From the NCBI GenBank assembly GCA_003170875.1, contig PMYJ01000035.1:1-40876 (forward strand): a DNA stretch of 40,876 bases. The letters run 5' to 3'. The DNA is from Candidatus Dormiibacterota bacterium. Its GTDB lineage: Bacteria; Chloroflexota; Dormibacteria; Aeolococcales; Aeolococcaceae. The position numbers and the translations under genes were made by a program. This document shows positions 36,202-40,876 of the stretch, one piece after another (positions within the stretch are counted from its first letter, which is position 1; every line of letters begins with the position of its first letter). The notes beneath the pieces are model-generated. The model searched no databases. It was not told where the DNA came from and was given only the letters and a program-made list of their open reading frames with translations.

Positions 36202-38600
36202 CCACTCCACCAGACCTGGCGACAGCCGCCCGCAGCGCAGCGGGATCGGCTGCCGACGTGGCTCGGCTGCATGCCGCGGCAGAGCCGGACTTCGCTCGCT
36301 ACGAGGTCCTCAAGGACATTGTCGACGAATGCATCGACCTCTCCCTCAACTATCGGCAAAGCGGTCACCCGGGCGGCTCGCGCTCGAAGGTCCACCTGCT
36401 GCTCGCCCTGCTGCTCTCCGGAGCGATGCGCTGGGACATCAGACGGCCGTGGCTTCGGTTCGCAGATCGCTTCGTGCTCTCCGCCGGACACACGGTGCCC
36501 GTGGTCTACTCCACCCTTGCCGTGCTGAACGAGAGCCTCCGGGCGCGGCACGAGCGGAGCGGCGACCCCCGGTTCGCCTTTCCCGCCGGCGGGCGCCACG
36601 CCCTGACCTGGGAGTGGCTCCTCGAGCTGCGGCGCCGGGGCGGCCTACCCGGCCACCCGGAGATGGCAGGGCGCACCCTTTTCCTCAAGTTCAATACCGG
36701 GCCGTCGGGGCATGGCATGCCACCGGCCGCCGGTGAGGCCCTCGCCCTCAAGCTGGCCGGCGCCGGGGAGGTGAAGGTCTTCGTCGTCGAGGGGGAGGGT
36801 GGGCTGACCGCCGGCGCTGCTCATGAGACCCGGACCTTGGCCTGGGGACTTGGCCTCGGCAACCTCGTCTTCCTGGTCGACTGGAACGACTTCGGCATCG
36901 ATCCCCGCCCGGCCTCGAGCGTGGTGGCGGGTACCCCGGTCGACTGGTTCGCTCCCTACGGCTGGAGGGTCAACGGGACCGAACAAGGCTCGGATTGGGA
37001 GCCGGTGACGCGCGCCGTCCTTGAGGCCGCCTGCGGTGACAACCCGGAGGGGGTGCCCAGCATGGCCTGGTTCCGGACCCGCAAAGGTCGTGGCTATGGC
37101 AAGCAGGACGCCGCCAGCCATGGCAGCCCATGGCCGATGAACTCCGCGGAGTTCTGGGCGACCCGTCACCAGTTCATGGCGCGGTATGGGGTGGAGTACA
37201 AGGGCGTCGATGCCCCGGCGCCCGCGGCTGCGGCGGAGCTGCGCGGGCAGGCTGAAGCCAACCTGCGCGTGGCCATGGATGTCCTCCGCCGGGACGACGC
37301 CCTGGTGGGGTGGCTCTCCGACCGTCTCCTGGCTCTCGCGGACAGCGTGCCGGAACAGATCGACGGCTTTCGCCTGGACGGCACGACCGCTAGGGTCTTC
37401 ACCGACCGGAGGCTCTTTGACGTGCAGAGCTACCCGGCGGGGATGTGGAAGCAGCCGGGGGAGAGGGCACCCAACCGCGCTGCGCTGGGAGCCTGGGGCG
37501 CGTACGTCAACGCGGTCGCCAGGCGGGACTACGGGCGTCCCCTCTTCATCGCCGCCTCGGCCGACCTCGCCGAGTCCACCAACATCGCAGGCTTCGCCCA
37601 CGACTCCGGTGATCTGCCGGGTTCCGGCTGGTACGAGCGGAGTTCCAACCCGCACGGAGCGCTGCTGCCCACCGAGATCACCGAGTTCACCAATGCCGGT
37701 TTGCTGGCCGGCATGGCATCCGTGAATCTGGCGGCGGACCCGTTCACCGGCTACGACGGCTTCTGGGGGGCGTGCTCGACCTACGGGTCGTTCTCGTACC
37801 TCAAGTACGGCCCCATGCGTCTCTTCAGCCAGCTCGCCCAGGACTGCGACCTGCGAGTGGGGAGGCTGCTCTGGATCGCCGGGCATTCGGGCCCCGAGAC
37901 CGCGGAGGACTCGCGGACCCATTTCGGCATCTTCGAGACCGGCGTCACCCAGCTCTTCCCCGAGGGGCAGGTCATCGACCTCCATCCGTGGGAGTACAAC
38001 GAGGTGCCGGTCGTCCTCGCTGCGGCCTTCTCGTCCCAGGTTCCGATCGTCGTCCTGCATCTGACGCGGCCGGCCATCCAGATCCCGGACCGGGTCGCTC
38101 TGGGCATGCCCTCTCACCTGGAGGCGGCGCGGGGGGCATATGTCCTCCGTCCCTTCCGAGACGGCCCGGCGAAGGCGGGCACGGTCTATGTCCGGGGCAC
38201 GATGGCGACCCACAACGTTCTCCAGGTGCTGCCCGAGCTGGACCGGCTGGAGCTCAACGTCAAGGTCGTGGCGGCGATCAGCCCCCAGCTGTTCGCGATC
38301 CAGGACCGGGCTTACCGAGAGAGCGTGGTCGGCCCCGCCGACCGTGTGGACGCCATGGTGGTCACCAACGGCGCGTTCTCCCTCATGCACCACTGGGCCG
38401 GAGGCCCTCTGGTGCGGGAGTACTCGCTGTCCGCCGACTGGGATGACCGCTGGCGGACCGGGGGGACACTCGAGGAGGTCATCGAGGAAGCCCATCTCGA
38501 CCCCGGGCACATCCTCGAGGCGATCGAGCGGTTCGCCGTTGAGCGCTCGAGGCGGCTGGGTGCGCTCCGGGATGACCTCGAGTCCGCGCTTGGTCGCTGA
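36198..38600 (+). CDS. Divergent 800-aa transketolase-family TPP enzyme
   Basis: SGHPGG, DRFVLSAGH, GHPE, NTGPSGHG, GEG...DWN, ADL, ITEF, EDSRTH, LTR. Confidence 0.85.
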   Translation: MTTPPDLATAARSAAGSAADVARLHAAAEPDFARYEVLKDIVDECIDLSLNYRQSGHPGGSRSKVHLLLALLLSGAMRWDIRRPWLRFADRFVLSAGHTVPVVYSTLAVLNESLRARHERSGDPRFAFPAGGRHALTWEWLLELRRRGGLPGHPEMAGRTLFLKFNTGPSGHGMPPAAGEALALKLAGAGEVKVFVVEGEGGLTAGAAHETRTLAWGLGLGNLVFLVDWNDFGIDPRPASSVVAGTPVDWFAPYGWRVNGTEQGSDWEPVTRAVLEAACGDNPEGVPSMAWFRTRKGRGYGKQDAASHGSPWPMNSAEFWATRHQFMARYGVEYKGVDAPAPAAAAELRGQAEANLRVAMDVLRRDDALVGWLSDRLLALADSVPEQIDGFRLDGTTARVFTDRRLFDVQSYPAGMWKQPGERAPNRAALGAWGAYVNAVARRDYGRPLFIAASADLAESTNIAGFAHDSGDLPGSGWYERSSNPHGALLPTEITEFTNAGLLAGMASVNLAADPFTGYDGFWGACSTYGSFSYLKYGPMRLFSQLAQDCDLRVGRLLWIAGHSGPETAEDSRTHFGIFETGVTQLFPEGQVIDLHPWEYNEVPVVLAAAFSSQVPIVVLHLTRPAIQIPDRVALGMPSHLEAARGAYVLRPFRDGPAKAGTVYVRGTMATHNVLQVLPELDRLELNVKVVAAISPQLFAIQDRAYRESVVGPADRVDAMVVTNGAFSLMHHWAGGPLVREYSLSADWDDRWRTGGTLEEVIEEAHLDPGHILEAIERFAVERSRRLGALRDDLESALGR

Positions 38601-38688
38601 TCCATGTCAACGCCGAAAGATGAGCCGTGCGTGCTGACCGCGCCGGCCCAGCACGTCCCGATGGATCCGTTCAACTGGAGATGATGAG

Positions 38689-39894
38689 ATGTCGGAGATG
38701 AGATTCGCGGAGCGGATGTCGCGGCTGGGGACCGAGTCGGCGTTCGTGGTGCTGGCCCGCGCCCGCCAGCTCGAGGCCGAAGGACGGGAGATGATCCACC
38801 TGGAGATTGGCGAGCCCGACTTCTCCACCCCGGACAACATCATCGAGGCCGCGGTCCAGGCCCTGCATGCCGGTGCGACGCACTACACGCCGGCGAGCGG
38901 GATCCGGGAGGTGCGCGAAGCGACCGCGCGCCACGTCACCCGTCAGACCGGGAGTCCGACCAGCCCGGAGCAGATCGTGCTCGTCCCGGGGAGCAAGAAC
39001 ATCCTCCATTTCCTCCTCCTCGCCCTGGTAGAACCGGGGGACGAGGTGCTGGTCCCCGACCCCGGCTATCCCATCTACAGCTCCCTGGTCAGCTTCGTCG
39101 GTGCCAAACCGGTTTCGGTGCCCATCCGCGAGGCCAACCAGTTCCGCCTGGACGTCGAGGAGCTGCGCTCCCTGGTGACCGAGCGGACCCGGGTCCTGGT
39201 GGTGAACAGCCCGGCCAACCCGACCGGTGGGGTGCTCACCCGCGAGGACTGCGAGGCGATCGCGACGCTGGCCCAGGAACGCGACCTCTTCGTGCTGAGC
39301 GACGAGATCTACTCGCGGATCGTCTATGACGGCGCCCACGTCTCCCTCTACGGCATCGACGGGATGGCGGAGAGGTGCGTCCTCATGGACGGGCTCTCCA
39401 AGACCTGGGCGATGTGCGGCTGGCGCCTCGGCTTCGGCGCGATGCCGGTGGAGCTCGCCCAGCGGATGGACACGCTGATGATCAACACCTCCTCGTGCGC
39501 GGCCGCCTTCACCCAGCTGGCGGCGATCGAGGCCTTCGAATCGCCGGAGTCGGATGCCGCCGTCGCGGCGATGGTGGCCGAGTTCTCCGCTCGGCGTGAT
39601 CTGATCGTGGACGGCCTCAACGGCATCCCCGGGATCCGCTGCCACAAGCCGTCGGCCACCTTCTACGTCTTCCCCAACGTGGAGGGGACCGGCTGGGACG
39701 AGCGCGACCTCCAGCGAGGGCTCATCGAGGAGGCGGGCGTCGCGGCCCTCTCGGGGACCGCCTTCGGCAGCTGGGGCAGGGGGTACTTGCGCTTCAGCTA
39801 TGCCAACAGCCAGGCCAACCTGCGCAAGGCCGTCGATCGCGTGGCCGCCTTCCTGGCCACGGCGCACGCCCAAGCCGTGAAGCCGAGCAGGTGA
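38689..39894 (+). CDS. Class I/II PLP aminotransferase (AspAT-like)
   Basis: IGEPDF, NSPANPTG, SDEIY, SKTWAMCGWRLG, LRFSYA. Confidence 0.94.
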   Translation: MSEMRFAERMSRLGTESAFVVLARARQLEAEGREMIHLEIGEPDFSTPDNIIEAAVQALHAGATHYTPASGIREVREATARHVTRQTGSPTSPEQIVLVPGSKNILHFLLLALVEPGDEVLVPDPGYPIYSSLVSFVGAKPVSVPIREANQFRLDVEELRSLVTERTRVLVVNSPANPTGGVLTREDCEAIATLAQERDLFVLSDEIYSRIVYDGAHVSLYGIDGMAERCVLMDGLSKTWAMCGWRLGFGAMPVELAQRMDTLMINTSSCAAAFTQLAAIEAFESPESDAAVAAMVAEFSARRDLIVDGLNGIPGIRCHKPSATFYVFPNVEGTGWDERDLQRGLIEEAGVAALSGTAFGSWGRGYLRFSYANSQANLRKAVDRVAAFLATAHAQAVKPSR

Positions 39895-40046
39895 CGGCTC
39901 ACGAGCGTGCCAACTGAGGTAAGCGTGGAGGCACTCCTCAATCAGCTTCTTCTGTCTCGCCGACGGACGGCAAACGGCGTTACGCGGCCTCGTGGTGGGA
40001 CCGGTCACCAAGCCCAACTGCGGTTGTCTAGACGGAGGTGCACATC

Positions 40047-40241
40047 ATGGCGGTAGAAGCGGTTATCCCGGCAGAGGCGGTCGAGGATCCCTGGCTCAAT
40101 GCGCAGCGGCAGTTCGACGCCGCAGCCGACGTCCTCCATCTCGATCAGGGTGTACGGGCAATCCTTCGCGAGCCCCAACGCCAGCTGATCGTCAGCTTCC
40201 CGGTCAAGATGGACGACGGGTCGGTCCGGGTGTTCGAGGGC
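40047..40241 (+). pseudogene. gdhA: 5' fragment of Glu/Leu/Phe/Val (glutamate) dehydrogenase
   Basis: NAQRQFDAAA..L...P.R.LIVSFPVKMDDGSVRVFEG, then similarity stops where YRVQH..ARGP.KGG is expected; GGAGG RBS. Confidence 0.8.
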
Positions 40242-40242
40242 C

Positions 40243-40876
40243 CATCTGCGAGGCCTCCTCGTCCTCCGCGGTCCATGCGGGGTCCGGGGCGAGGAAGCGG
40301 TCCCGGAGAGCGAGGGCCCAGCTGACGTGCGCCACCCAGGTCGGCTCCTCCGGGGGTGGCCAGATCCATGGCGACTACCTGCTCGGCGATGGCGCGGGCG
40401 TCGTCGATGTCGCGCCGGATGGCCGCGCGGCGGGCGTCGGTGAGGTCGCCTGCTTCCTCCAGGTGGGCGAGCTGCCGGGCCCGTGAGCCCGCGAGCTGGG
40501 TGAGACGGGAGCGCCATTGGTCCGCGCCGCGGACGGCGCCGGCGTCGCGGGAGAGCTGGTCCCAGCGCGCCTGGCTGCGCAACACGCCTCGGCGGTGAGG
40601 GAGACCGGACAGCCAGGCGAGAACCGCCGGGCGGGCGAAGTCCTGCTCCCGCAGCCGGATCAGGCCGAGCAGCCCGCGGGCCGCCACGGAGTCAGCGAGC
40701 GGGCGACCGCCGAGCGCCACCGGGGTGATCCCGGCCGCTCGTAGGGTGTCGCGCAGGGCGCTCCCGTACGTCTCGTCATCGGCGTGGACGATGGCGGCGC
40801 GGTGAAGTGGGACCGCGTGGTCGCCCTCCATGGCGGCGAGGACATCGCGAACGGCGGCGCGCACCTCCTCGATGGG
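40243..40876 (-). pseudogene. Internal fragment of an AddB-like helicase/nuclease subunit, frameshifted and truncated; continues beyond the window
   Basis: PIEEVRAAVR..., PLHRAAIV, RPLADSVAARGLL, WDQLSRDAG...W..RL; frameshift at the G5 run 40352-40356 continues as PEEPTWVAHVSWALALRDRFL. Confidence 0.55.

Noticed and set aside
142-38510. Long antisense or alternative-frame ORFs (e.g. 142-2055, 8620-10185, 16887-18830, 27648-29474, 33164-35248, 36645-38510)
   Set aside because: Shadows of real genes in high-GC DNA. Only the 3' tail of 27648-29474 is meaningful (pseudogene fragment).
19922-38600. Calvin-cycle (cbb) cluster suggested by RuBisCO-family gene, CbbY, aldolase, TIM and transketolase
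   Set aside because: The RuBisCO homologue lacks several RuBP-binding residues; no rbcS, prk, cbbR or cbbX/Q; regulators are catabolic types.
39895-40046. Riboswitch in the gdh leader
   Set aside because: Some pairing potential but no recognisable aptamer consensus.
1-40876. CRISPR array, rRNA, prophage or integrase
   Set aside because: No regularly spaced repeats, cas, rRNA, phage or recombinase motifs seen.

Overview
High-GC bacterial window in three parts. (1) 1-13.7 kb: a complete minus-strand group 3b [NiFe] (sulf)hydrogenase operon (beta, cNMP-domain protein, gamma, delta, alpha, maturation protease) with DosR/DevR-like boxes upstream. It is followed by a GH5 glycoside hydrolase, an ABC exporter, an orphan GlcF-like Fe-S protein, a CBS-BON protein, a tandem-domain ThyX, an IscA/ErpA protein and tRNA-Gly(TCC). 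(2) Just downstream of the tRNA: decayed toxin-antitoxin and immunity-like relics, then a ~25 kb mosaic catabolic region. It encodes an SDR, a TPP-dependent E1alpha/beta with split E2 and no E3, a DeoR regulator, an EryH-like TIM, a class II aldolase and a CbbY-like HAD. Next come a form IV RuBisCO-like protein (RLP) with a SorC-family regulator, a DUF4432 epimerase and an aldo/keto reductase. Then an APC permease-SDR-FGGY kinase-D-threonine-aldolase-like operon, and cyclase, YhfZ, ComB, an atypical transketolase and an aminotransferase. Two small pseudogene relics are paralogues of intact genes in the region. (3) At ~40.24 kb a truncated glutamate dehydrogenase abuts a truncated, frameshifted AddB-like gene. 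The best candidate for an undescribed system is the RLP-centred sugar or amino-sugar-acid catabolic pathway. All family assignments are by eye from motifs; no searches were run.
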